Source: a virus
Lineage: Duplodnaviria > Caudoviricetes
Direction: 5' to 3' (one strand)
Virus record (IMG/VR): IMGVR_UViG_3300033120_000461
Span: 1-64,000 of that record
DNA length: 64,000 nucleotides
In this document: positions 1 to 7,580 of the stretch, piece by piece
Numbering within the stretch: position 1 is the stretch's first letter
Layout: each line of letters starts with the position of its first letter
Notes under the pieces: generated by a model
Database searches by the model: none
Seen by the model: the letters and a program-made list of their open reading frames with translations, nothing else
Told to the model about the DNA's origin: nothing
Program-made: the position numbers and the translations under genes

Positions 1-1
1 A

Positions 2-256
2 AAACTCCCTCTCGGACACAACATCAATCTGAGGATTGTAGGTTGGGTCTCGGATGAGAGGATTCAAGCGGTTGTAGTGCAGGGTCTCCCTTCGGATCGT
101 TTGGACCCACACATCACGATAGCCCTCGCCCATGGGGTAGAGCCCTCCTACAGCAAAGAACTACTGGCAAAAGGCCACACAGAAACCCAAGGTCCCTCTA
201 TCACAGGGAAACTTGGATATTACAACGGAAAAGTCCGTTTCGTACTTGAGACCTAA
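2..256 (+). CDS. 5'-truncated 2H phosphoesterase-like protein (C-terminal part)
   Basis: Frame from base 2 is open to TAA at 254-256 and reads KLPLGHNINLRIVGWVSDERIQAVVVQGLPSDRLDPHITIALAHGVEPSYSKELL...; PHITIA followed by GVxPxYSxELL resembles the second HxT motif of tRNA-ligase-type 2H phosphodiesterases. Not in the ORF track. Confidence 0.6.
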   Translation, partial: KLPLGHNINLRIVGWVSDERIQAVVVQGLPSDRLDPHITIALAHGVEPSYSKELLAKGHTETQGPSITGKLGYYNGKVRFVLET

Positions 257-272
257 AACCAAAGGAACCAAC

Positions 273-869
273 ATGACAAATACAAGCAAGACCCCCACTG
301 GAATTGAGTTTTTGGACCGCAAAATTGGAGGGTTCCCTCAAGGATCCATCACACAGTTGGAAGGAGACGAACCTGACAGCCCCACACTCTTTGCCTTGAA
401 TGCGATTGGCAGCTGCCAACGTAATGGGGGGGTGGCGGTGTTTATTGATGTGGGGTTCAACTTCGATGTGGGTCTTGCGAAGTCCTTTGGGCTCAATACG
501 AAAGACCTTGTGACTCAGGTTGAGACCCGCACAGAGGCCTTCTCCGTACTTGAGCAGCTCTTGAGTCTTGGGGTCTTCGACTTGATTGTAATTGGGGCGT
601 CTTCGTACTCAGAAGTTGCTGACGGAAAGGCCATCAATCTCAGAACCCTGAATGCTGTGTCAGCAGCATCTCGGTGTTCTGTTGTAGTGATCCACCGCCG
701 CTCGCAGCATCCTGCTATGGATGCTGCCCTCACTCATGGCTCAAGGCTCATCCTCCAAGTGTCTCCAGGTTCCTCTGAGAAGGAAGTGGTCACACAAGTC
801 ACGAAGAGCCGAGACGTCAACATGAATTTCGCTTCTCAATTCCCTGTGTCCCTGAACAAGACCTCCTGA
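273..869 (+). CDS. recA: RecA-like protein with degenerate Walker motifs
   Basis: TPTGIEFLDRKIGGFPQGSITQLEG, GGVAVFID, LAKSFGLNTKDL and LLSLGVFDLIVI track the RecA core. Start moved to ATG 273 (AAGGA upstream) because the TTG-started extension overlaps the upstream gene. Confidence 0.7.
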   Translation: MTNTSKTPTGIEFLDRKIGGFPQGSITQLEGDEPDSPTLFALNAIGSCQRNGGVAVFIDVGFNFDVGLAKSFGLNTKDLVTQVETRTEAFSVLEQLLSLGVFDLIVIGASSYSEVADGKAINLRTLNAVSAASRCSVVVIHRRSQHPAMDAALTHGSRLILQVSPGSSEKEVVTQVTKSRDVNMNFASQFPVSLNKTS

Positions 870-904
870 GGAGCAAGCATGCGCAAAGTAGAGAAGACCA
901 GAGG

Positions 905-939
905 TCTAATCACCCCATCTACAAGGACGGGTGGTTAGA
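905..939 (+). terminator. Possible intrinsic terminator
   Basis: TCTAATCACCC / GGGTGGTTAGA 11-bp stem (one G-U), 13-nt loop, followed by CGGTTTATATTTT, between the recA-like and collagen-like genes. Confidence 0.4.
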
Positions 940-964
940 CGGTTTATATTTTCGCATTCTTTGA

Positions 965-2116
965 ATGCCTAACCCCAACTCACAAAGAGTCCTTTTTCCG
1001 GTTGGGGCCACTCCAGAAAGCATTCGTGCTCAAATCGGAGCCTTGGGTCCAGTACCAGACCCAGAATCTATCCCAGAACCAAACATTGGGGATGTTCCTA
1101 CTTGGGATGGTACATCATACATTCCACTAGCTGGAGGTGGTGGTGGAGGTACACCAGGACCACCAGGACCACCAGGACCACAGGGGATTCAAGGATTTCC
1201 AGGACCCCCTGGTGATGATGGTATTCAAGGGCCCCCAGGAGCAACTGGGGGCCCTGGTCCTCAAGGACCTCAAGGACCCCAAGGTCCTCCTGGGGCAACG
1301 GGAGCAACAGGAGCACCTGGAGCTGATGGTGTTGATGGCGCAACCGGACCACCTGGTGCTCCAGGTGCCACAGGCGCAACTGGGCCAGCTGGGGCTGATG
1401 GAGCCAATGCTAGCCCGTACTCAGGATTCCAGTCCTCGGCATCAACTGACTTCTACAGAGCTTCAGCAGCTCTGGTGTGTCCTGGTGCTGATGATTTTCT
1501 TGTTGTGGCGTTGGCAGTACCTTTCACAGGTAGGAATCTAGCCAAGATCCACACAATTGCAGAAAATGTGTCAGGTTCTTCAGGTTGGCGCCTTACATGG
1601 GGTTATGGGGCCGTGTTGTGTAACGTGTTTGATGCCACCAACGATTTGGTAGCGGCATCAATACCCACAGCTATTTTTGACCCCGTCCGTGAAGCTGGGA
1701 GGATGCTTATAGCAGCTCTACGGGTACGTCAGGTTGGCGGGTTCACTCAAGTCAGTTTGTGGGTTGGCCCAGCACAAAAAGCAGTGACAACAGGCCCAAA
1801 CCCAGGAGTTGCACCATCAACCGCAGGTTTACTTGCGGTTGGTTACGCTGACCTTTTTGGTGAGGGGGTAGCTCTTGATGCTGGTGTGATGGGTCTTGGG
1901 TACTACGAGGGAACTGTTACGGACGACACTCTGCGTGTATTGATGGGCCGGTGTGGCGCTGATGGGGCGTTGCCAACTGACGTCATTACGTGGACCACAG
2001 CTTGGTTGGGTTCAGATCTCGCAACAGTCTCATCCACAGTCAATGCTTCTGTTGGTACTGGGACCCTCAACAGACAAGGAAGCCCTACAACTATTACAGG
2101 GTTCTTTCCTTGGTGA
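965..2116 (+). CDS. Collagen-like protein with a C-terminal beta-rich (LamG/ConA-like) domain; probable virion fibre
   Basis: Uninterrupted Gly-X-Y run followed by a ~240-aa globular domain. Confidence 0.75.
   Translation: MPNPNSQRVLFPVGATPESIRAQIGALGPVPDPESIPEPNIGDVPTWDGTSYIPLAGGGGGGTPGPPGPPGPQGIQGFPGPPGDDGIQGPPGATGGPGPQGPQGPQGPPGATGATGAPGADGVDGATGPPGAPGATGATGPAGADGANASPYSGFQSSASTDFYRASAALVCPGADDFLVVALAVPFTGRNLAKIHTIAENVSGSSGWRLTWGYGAVLCNVFDATNDLVAASIPTAIFDPVREAGRMLIAALRVRQVGGFTQVSLWVGPAQKAVTTGPNPGVAPSTAGLLAVGYADLFGEGVALDAGVMGLGYYEGTVTDDTLRVLMGRCGADGALPTDVITWTTAWLGSDLATVSSTVNASVGTGTLNRQGSPTTITGFFPW
1148..1408 (+). repeat. 29 consecutive Gly-X-Y collagen triplets
   Basis: [15 protein letters not shown] ... 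GAD GAN counted from the translation. Confidence 0.9.
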
Positions 2117-2912
2117 TGAGAAGCTCTTGCATCTTCTCATGATGTGTTGACCTCATCGATATCGACCCTACCTGAAAACCATACTTCAGACTCAAAATAC
2201 GCACTTCAGGAGTGTCGTCGTACGTGAGTAGCACAGAGCCATTCACGGAAGACATCCGTTGAAAGAGACGCTCATGGTCTACTTGGTTGTGGGTGTATAA
2301 CCGAGCACCAGCCTTCTTTCCTCCAACAGTGTATGGTGGATCAACAAAGAAAAAGGCACGAGAGTCCTGGGCATATTGGTCAAGAACTTCGAACGCATCC
2401 GATTTCTGGAACGTGATTCGATTTCGGATCTCCCACAGGTCTTGAATCCTCCGACACAAGGTTTCTGGGTACCAGCGCGATTTCAAACCCTGTCCAGACT
2501 CTCCAGCTTTCAATAGACCTGCCCCCGCAGCTAGGATTCCACCTCGTTGCATTCTGTTTTTCACGATGGTGCGGAAAGCCTGGCTTCGAGTGTCTTGTGG
2601 TATGTCATCCAAGACTGCTCGCACATCCTCTAGCGTGACATTGAAGGTCATTATCCGACCACACAGCCATTCAATGTCCGCAAACTCTCCTTGAAGGATG
2701 GTCTGCCAGACAGAGGCCACGTCGTCATCCAGCTCACCTAGGAAGACATGGTCAACTAGACCCTCATACGCTGCTGTCAGGCCCACCATCGCCCCGCCAG
2801 CAAAGGGCTCCACAAGTACAGACACCCGAGGTGAATCCAACAAGCGTTGGCGAACCTCGGGTACCAGCCAGGACTTCCCCCCAGGGTATCGAAATGGGCT
2901 TAGGTGTTTCAA
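2094..2912 (-). CDS. dam: D12-class N6-adenine DNA methyltransferase (Dam-like)
   Basis: [17 protein letters not shown] (motif I) and FFVDPPY (motif IV). Confidence 0.9.
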   Translation of the reverse strand: MKHLSPFRYPGGKSWLVPEVRQRLLDSPRVSVLVEPFAGGAMVGLTAAYEGLVDHVFLGELDDDVASVWQTILQGEFADIEWLCGRIMTFNVTLEDVRAVLDDIPQDTRSQAFRTIVKNRMQRGGILAAGAGLLKAGESGQGLKSRWYPETLCRRIQDLWEIRNRITFQKSDAFEVLDQYAQDSRAFFFVDPPYTVGGKKAGARLYTHNQVDHERLFQRMSSVNGSVLLTYDDTPEVRILSLKYGFQVGSISMRSTHHEKMQELLITKERTL

Positions 2913-3175
2913 CTGTGGTGTCGGGGCAAAATCTTGAGGATTCGTTCTGAGGCGATGAGCCTTGGCTCATCTTCCCCGTCCACTCGAACAGGTATTGTTC
3001 GCCATACGAAATGGATCCCCATTTCTGACTTCAACGTCTCTTTGTGTAATGGTCCTTGAACCACTGCCACATGCTGAGATTCAGTCTTGTTTGCCCCAAG
3101 CAAGACAAGCAGCTTTGTACCCACAGGGAATTTTGGGTCGATGGAGTGGATAGTTCCGTACTGGTGTTTCGTCAT
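2909..3175 (-). CDS. Hypothetical protein
   Basis: 88-aa ORF, overlap-coupled to dam. Confidence 0.65.
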   Translation of the reverse strand: MTKHQYGTIHSIDPKFPVGTKLLVLLGANKTESQHVAVVQGPLHKETLKSEMGIHFVWRTIPVRVDGEDEPRLIASERILKILPRHHS

Positions 3176-3180
3176 TTTTC

Positions 3181-4098
3181 CTAGAGGTCTCTGGGCATGA
3201 GTTCACGGGCTAGGGTCTTGTCCCATATGTCCGAGCACTCCCACACAACTTTCCTTGTCTTGTCGTATCTGTTGGAGCCATCTCCAGGTGCATCCATCCA
3301 GTTCCCGTACTTCTTCTTCCCTAGTGCTCGGATCAACCCACGGCTGAAAGCCACAGGGTCTTTGATTCTCAACATAGGTGCGAGACACCCACGAGCAGTG
3401 CCTGGAGCATTCACGCTGAACGCGTGATACACACACATAGCAAGTTCCACTTCGGGTGGGAGGTCCTTGGCGGGTAGTCTGATGATGGAATCAGTCTTCT
3501 TTGGTTTCGGAAGAAACGCATTGTAGATGGATAGTTCGTCTGCACTATTTCCTTCTGCAAGCCATTTCGCGGCGTAGTTAGACTGAGCCGCAAAGGTCCT
3601 TGGAGAGGAGAGGAGAGTGGCAAATCGGAGCGCCCACTTCTCTGCGGACACGGCCGCTTGCCCTCTACGAGGTACTGCCCCGCTCTCTGAGCCGCTCAAA
3701 GCCAATCGAATGGCTTTTCCTGGCACAAGCTTCCCAGTTTGGGTGAAACGGAGCTTCCCATCTTGAGCGAGGACCCATCCAAGTTTGTTGAATTCATCCC
3801 AAACAGGGAGGAATTCCGTTGGTGCTTGAACAGAAATGTCGTGAAGGAGGGCAAAGAATGTCCCTTGGGACAAATCTTTTGGAGACACTGAGATGTTGTG
3901 CAGCAGACCTCCACTCATGCCACATCCATCATAGCTCTGGACAGTTCCCCAGGCTCCAGCCTCGATGCGAGCTGCCAAGTAGACAGCTCGATCTGAATGA
4001 ATCTCTGCATCTACGGGGGTCATAATCTTGGGTCCTCCTCGGGTAAGGAAACCAGAGAAGGACTTGTATTGGACCCAGCGTGCAGTGATGTTTTCCAT
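3181..4098 (-). CDS. Lysozyme-like muramidase (putative endolysin or virion lysin)
   Basis: RIEAGAWGTVQSYDGCGMSGGLLH fits the lysozyme-fold E...YD...SxG..H/Q pattern. Start moved to ATG 4098 (MENITARW), just after the upstream stop. Ends in TAG. Confidence 0.5.
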   Translation of the reverse strand: MENITARWVQYKSFSGFLTRGGPKIMTPVDAEIHSDRAVYLAARIEAGAWGTVQSYDGCGMSGGLLHNISVSPKDLSQGTFFALLHDISVQAPTEFLPVWDEFNKLGWVLAQDGKLRFTQTGKLVPGKAIRLALSGSESGAVPRRGQAAVSAEKWALRFATLLSSPRTFAAQSNYAAKWLAEGNSADELSIYNAFLPKPKKTDSIIRLPAKDLPPEVELAMCVYHAFSVNAPGTARGCLAPMLRIKDPVAFSRGLIRALGKKKYGNWMDAPGDGSNRYDKTRKVVWECSDIWDKTLARELMPRDL

Positions 4099-4099
4099 C

Positions 4100-5854
4100 T
4101 CAGACCTTACCCTCCTCAGAGCGATTCTGGGCTTCAATGCTTTCCCATCTGGCGCAGAGGAACTGGTAGTATTCAAAGGGGGAAAGTGCATTTTCGTACA
4201 AGCCAATAGCCCATGCGTCGTTCACCTCCACAAGGGCAGTCTCACCCGTGGACAGGACGCCTACGTCAAGGGCAAATGGGTGGCCCAACTCTTCAAACAG
4301 AAGACGCGCCATCTCTTCCACAATAGCCATGTCGGGCTTAGGTGCGTCATCCTCACCATCCTCATCATAGCGACCTGATTTCAGGTTTCCAGGACCTGAA
4401 ACGTAGTATCGGTACTCAGAGACAAAATTGACTTTTGAGGAAACCCACAACATGGTCTGAGGCGGAAGGGAGTCAAAGACCTCTCTTTCCTTCGAATCAG
4501 ACTGCAACAGAAATCCTGTGAAGGTCTTGAGTTTGTCTGCTGGCTTCACGAACACGTCCTCAGACATGTTCAGATTCTCCTTGGTTGTCTGTTGGACATC
4601 TCGAAGCAAGAACCTTTGCAGCACATCAGGATAGCAATTCCAGACTGGTAGTTTCAGACCGAGTCTCGCCATGACTGCTTGAACAAACTCGACAGTCCCC
4701 ACAGGAACTCCATCAAGTTTGGACGTGTCTAGGGTAGGCACATCTTCAAGTTTGCATTGGTAACGGACGATGGTGTCATGGAGCATAGATGCATGATGCA
4801 CCTTGCTGACCTCGTAGGATCTCCCTTCCTCCATGCTTTGGAGGAGGACACTTCTAAGCTTTGGGCTCGGCACTAGTCCTGAGGCAAACTTGAGTGCTCC
4901 AAGTGCGCCCTTCACAGAGTGGGAGAACCACCAGACTTCCTTTCCAATAATCAGCTTGATGGGCCCCTTGAGCTGACCTATCTGTACCTCAACCGAAGGT
5001 TCACTGGATCCTTTCGGAGGGGTGTGGATCGTCCAATTGACTCGATTGTCTGGCTCCTTGAAGTACGGACACCAGTCATCGAAGACCACTCCCAGACCCA
5101 AATGCTTGGCGGGTTCAAAATGCTTGGGGATGTTCTCTTTGATAGCCAGAAAGATGGGGTCTGAGGCCTTGTATGCTGCCCATTCTTCATCTCTCTTCCG
5201 AGATGCAGCGGCACTCCTCTCCCGTCTTTCTTTCTCAGCAGGTTCCATCCATCTTTCCAGAGTCACCAAAGACATCCCCTCTCGTCTGTACTTGACCCAC
5301 GCGACTACCTTGTCTTCTTCATCCGACTCTTCCCCAGCCTCATCGTAGGAGTAGCCCATTTCGAAACAGGTGATTGTTCCGTCTGGGCTGATGTCAGGTT
5401 CCTTTGAGCCTGACATCAAAGGTTCCTCTTCCTCGTTGGCTGGTTTGATCTCCGGCCACCCTTCCATAGGGTTCGAGAAGTCAAAGAATCGATTCTCATA
5501 GGGGCAAGCCCAATGACAACCATCTACGACCAAGCACTGAAGTGTTGGACTCCACTTTGAACTTGCCCAACAAAATCCATCAGGTGACATGATGTCGACC
5601 CTCTTTCCAGTGTCTAGTTCAATGACTGTCTGCCCCATGTAGTGAGAACCACACACCAGGTAGTCATGCCCGTTGGGGTGCCCTTCTACAAAAGCGTAGG
5701 GGAAACTCCCATAGTTTCGGTTCACAGTCTCAATGACTTCACCATCAGAGCGACTCACAACTCCTGTTGCATAGTCCCAACACCCAGGCCGAGTCGCTTG
5801 CTTTGAGACCTCCAATTGGTAGTGGCCACTTGGACTCATGATTGTCTTTGTCAT
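4100..5854 (-). CDS. Fusion of an unknown N-terminal domain and a C-terminal ATP-grasp domain (R2K/DUF4343-like)
   Basis: C-terminal FVKPADKLKTFTG, SEYRYYV and ALDVGVLSTGETALVEVNDAWAIGLY. Start moved to ATG 5854 because the track's first 26 codons coincide with the tRNA. Confidence 0.75.
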   Translation of the reverse strand: MTKTIMSPSGHYQLEVSKQATRPGCWDYATGVVSRSDGEVIETVNRNYGSFPYAFVEGHPNGHDYLVCGSHYMGQTVIELDTGKRVDIMSPDGFCWASSKWSPTLQCLVVDGCHWACPYENRFFDFSNPMEGWPEIKPANEEEEPLMSGSKEPDISPDGTITCFEMGYSYDEAGEESDEEDKVVAWVKYRREGMSLVTLERWMEPAEKERRERSAAASRKRDEEWAAYKASDPIFLAIKENIPKHFEPAKHLGLGVVFDDWCPYFKEPDNRVNWTIHTPPKGSSEPSVEVQIGQLKGPIKLIIGKEVWWFSHSVKGALGALKFASGLVPSPKLRSVLLQSMEEGRSYEVSKVHHASMLHDTIVRYQCKLEDVPTLDTSKLDGVPVGTVEFVQAVMARLGLKLPVWNCYPDVLQRFLLRDVQQTTKENLNMSEDVFVKPADKLKTFTGFLLQSDSKEREVFDSLPPQTMLWVSSKVNFVSEYRYYVSGPGNLKSGRYDEDGEDDAPKPDMAIVEEMARLLFEELGHPFALDVGVLSTGETALVEVNDAWAIGLYENALSPFEYYQFLCARWESIEAQNRSEEGKV

Positions 5855-5855
5855 A

Positions 5856-5930
5856 TGGTCTTGGTGGGGTTCGAACCCACGGCTGTACTGGTTTAGAATC
5901 AGTTCCCTTGGACCACTCGGGCACAAGACC
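5856..5930 (-). tRNA. tRNA with CUA anticodon (amber suppressor)
   Basis: GGTCTTG TG CCC GAGTGGTCCAA GGG A ACTGA TTCTAAA CCAGT ACAGCC GTGGG TTCGAAC CCCAC CAAGACC A: 7-bp acceptor stem, D-arm with GG, anticodon loop TT-CTA-AA, perfect 5-bp T stem, A73, CCA not encoded. Confidence 0.9.
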
Positions 5931-5959
5931 ATGTCGGCTTCAAGGTGCCGAACAACCTG

Positions 5960-6271
5960 TCAACTGAAAGCTAGGGGGAGATCTTGAACTAACTTACGCC
6001 CTGAAGGGGCAATTGCGATTGCCGCAAGTTCATTACCAAGGTCAGGTTCTGTGAAAAGGGAAACTGGCACGCCAGCTTCCCTCGTACGTTCTGCAAGAGA
6101 GGTGAGAGAGGTTAGATCATCCGTCTCCAAGAGTACAAGGGTGTTGGATGTCCGATACCACTCATCGTCAATCGTGCCAAACCCCGCTCCGAACTCACGA
6201 AGAGCATGACACAACATAGCAGCCCGAAGACCTTCCTTGAGGTCCTTGCGGGAAACAAGGAAGAGCTTCAT
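5960..6271 (-). CDS. pth2: PTH2-family peptidyl-tRNA hydrolase-like protein
   Basis: KLFLVSRKDL...GLRAAMLCHA...W...NTLVLL...FTEPDLGNELAAIAIAP matches the PTH2/PTRHD1 layout. Confidence 0.75.
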   Translation of the reverse strand: MKLFLVSRKDLKEGLRAAMLCHALREFGAGFGTIDDEWYRTSNTLVLLETDDLTSLTSLAERTREAGVPVSLFTEPDLGNELAAIAIAPSGRKLVQDLPLAFS

Positions 6272-6702
6272 GCAGCCTCCTGGACAAATGGCTTTCGTCC
6301 CTGACGAACCTTTGCCGCTGCCTCAGCAAGATGCTTTGCAAACTCCTTGCTTTCTTCCTCGGAGGGTTTCACTGCCATCCAGAGAGCTACTTCATCCTTC
6401 AAACCTGGGTTCCCAGCTGCGGCTGCGATGGCCGATGCTGAGACACTTGGCTTCTTGGTATTGCGCTCGACTTCCCAGTATCTTGCTCCACGCAGGAAGG
6501 CGTAAGCCAGTGCGAGAGTTCGGATCTGGTTCTTGTGGAACCTACTCTGGTACCAAAAATTGGTCAGAGTCTTCAGACGAGATGGCTCGCTGATAGGTGT
6601 GGATTTCTTGTAGGCCACACGTTCCTTGGTGGTCTCTTGCTTGTTGTGGACGGTCTCAGCAAGCGTTGTCTTCAGCACTACGATCTGGTTGTTCTTTTCC
6701 AT
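6268..6702 (-). CDS. Conserved phage hypothetical protein (LAYAFLRGxxY motif)
   Basis: RTLALAYAFLRGARYWEVE motif, AGGAG SD upstream, ATGA overlap with the pth2-like gene. Confidence 0.8.
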   Translation of the reverse strand: MEKNNQIVVLKTTLAETVHNKQETTKERVAYKKSTPISEPSRLKTLTNFWYQSRFHKNQIRTLALAYAFLRGARYWEVERNTKKPSVSASAIAAAAGNPGLKDEVALWMAVKPSEEESKEFAKHLAEAAAKVRQGRKPFVQEAA

Positions 6703-6815
6703 GGGGTATCTCCTAAAGGTTTGGTTGGTTCACGACGAAATGTTGTCATGGCCAAGTCCTTGGGAGGTCCACGGGGGAGATTTACCTACGTGTGGTGCGA
6801 GATCATTCCCAACAT
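6678..6815 (-). promoter_or_regulatory. Putative leader peptide ORF with in-frame amber (codon 10) and RGPP motif
   Basis: ATG TTG GGA ATG ATC TCG CAC CAC ACG TAG GTA AAT CTC CCC CGT GGA CCT CCC AAG... = MLGMISHHT*VNLPRGPPK...RS*, overlapping the SD and start of the 6268-6702 gene. Confidence 0.55.
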
Positions 6816-6909
6816 CTAAACTGGATTTCGAGTTTGTCTAGGGTCACTGTGGAAAAAAAGCGTAACATGAGACGTTAGACCCTCGGACCCCAACCAAACC
6901 CAGAAAGAA

Positions 6910-7260
6910 ATGGCAACTGTGTCTGAACCTACAATGGACCAATGGGAGACCCTATCCTACGAGGATCGTGTCACCTACCTCCGAAAACACGGCCAGTCTG
7001 GGGGTTTGGACCTGACAATGGACCAATGGAAGACCTCTATAGGTCAGATTCTGGGGGTCAACTCAGAATACAAGGACCGTGTCATCCACATCAGGAAACA
7101 GGGTCAGTCTGGAGGACTGGAACTGATCCGCGTTGAGAATAGGAATCCAGTCCTCATATGGACTGCTCAAGGAGAACTCATTCGTACTCACGGTGAGTTC
7201 AGGTTCGTCAAGGATCATATCCTGAGGCAGATGTCTGAAAACCCAACTTGGGTCCCCTGA
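6910..7260 (+). CDS. Hypothetical protein with an internal duplication
   Basis: Two MDQW...DRV..RK.GQSGGL.L units. Confidence 0.7.
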   Translation: MATVSEPTMDQWETLSYEDRVTYLRKHGQSGGLDLTMDQWKTSIGQILGVNSEYKDRVIHIRKQGQSGGLELIRVENRNPVLIWTAQGELIRTHGEFRFVKDHILRQMSENPTWVP

Positions 7261-7263
7261 AGT

Positions 7264-7578
7264 ATGAGCAAGCTAGGACTCAGCAAGTCAGACTCCGAAC
7301 TACTGGAAGAGATTCGGGGAGTACCACGACCAAGAACTCAGGGTTTTGGGTACCGAAATCCAAATCAACCCATGAACCCCAGTTACGTAGTAGATCCTGC
7401 TGTGGGCGCTCGTTGGGTGTCCAATAGGATCTACCCAAAGCCTTGCGTGATTGAAATCCTAGAGGTAAGCCCTCAAGGAACAACCATTACCGCAAAAACA
7501 TGTGGGTCTAACCGGACACGGAAGATCCACATCATCACCCTTCGTAGCCACTACAAGCCAGAACCCTTGGAGACCTGA
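7264..7578 (+). CDS. Hypothetical protein
   Basis: 104-aa ORF in a tightly packed plus-strand run. Confidence 0.65.
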   Translation: MSKLGLSKSDSELLEEIRGVPRPRTQGFGYRNPNQPMNPSYVVDPAVGARWVSNRIYPKPCVIEILEVSPQGTTITAKTCGSNRTRKIHIITLRSHYKPEPLET

Positions 7579-7580
7579 CC

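Noticed and set aside
1098-1541. Alternative-frame ORFs over the collagen repeat
   Set aside because: Shadows of the GGN-CCN periodicity.
2094-2912. Restriction-modification system around dam
   Set aside because: No adjacent restriction endonuclease; orphan Dam-like methylases are routine in phages.
5856-5930. tRNA-Pyl / pyrrolysine system
   Set aside because: Canonical D-loop GG, TTCG T-loop, 5-bp anticodon stem and A73 are unlike tRNA-Pyl, and no pyl genes are in the window.
5855-5932. First 26 codons of the 610-aa ORF
   Set aside because: They coincide exactly with the tRNA cloverleaf; ATG 5854 is the more plausible start.
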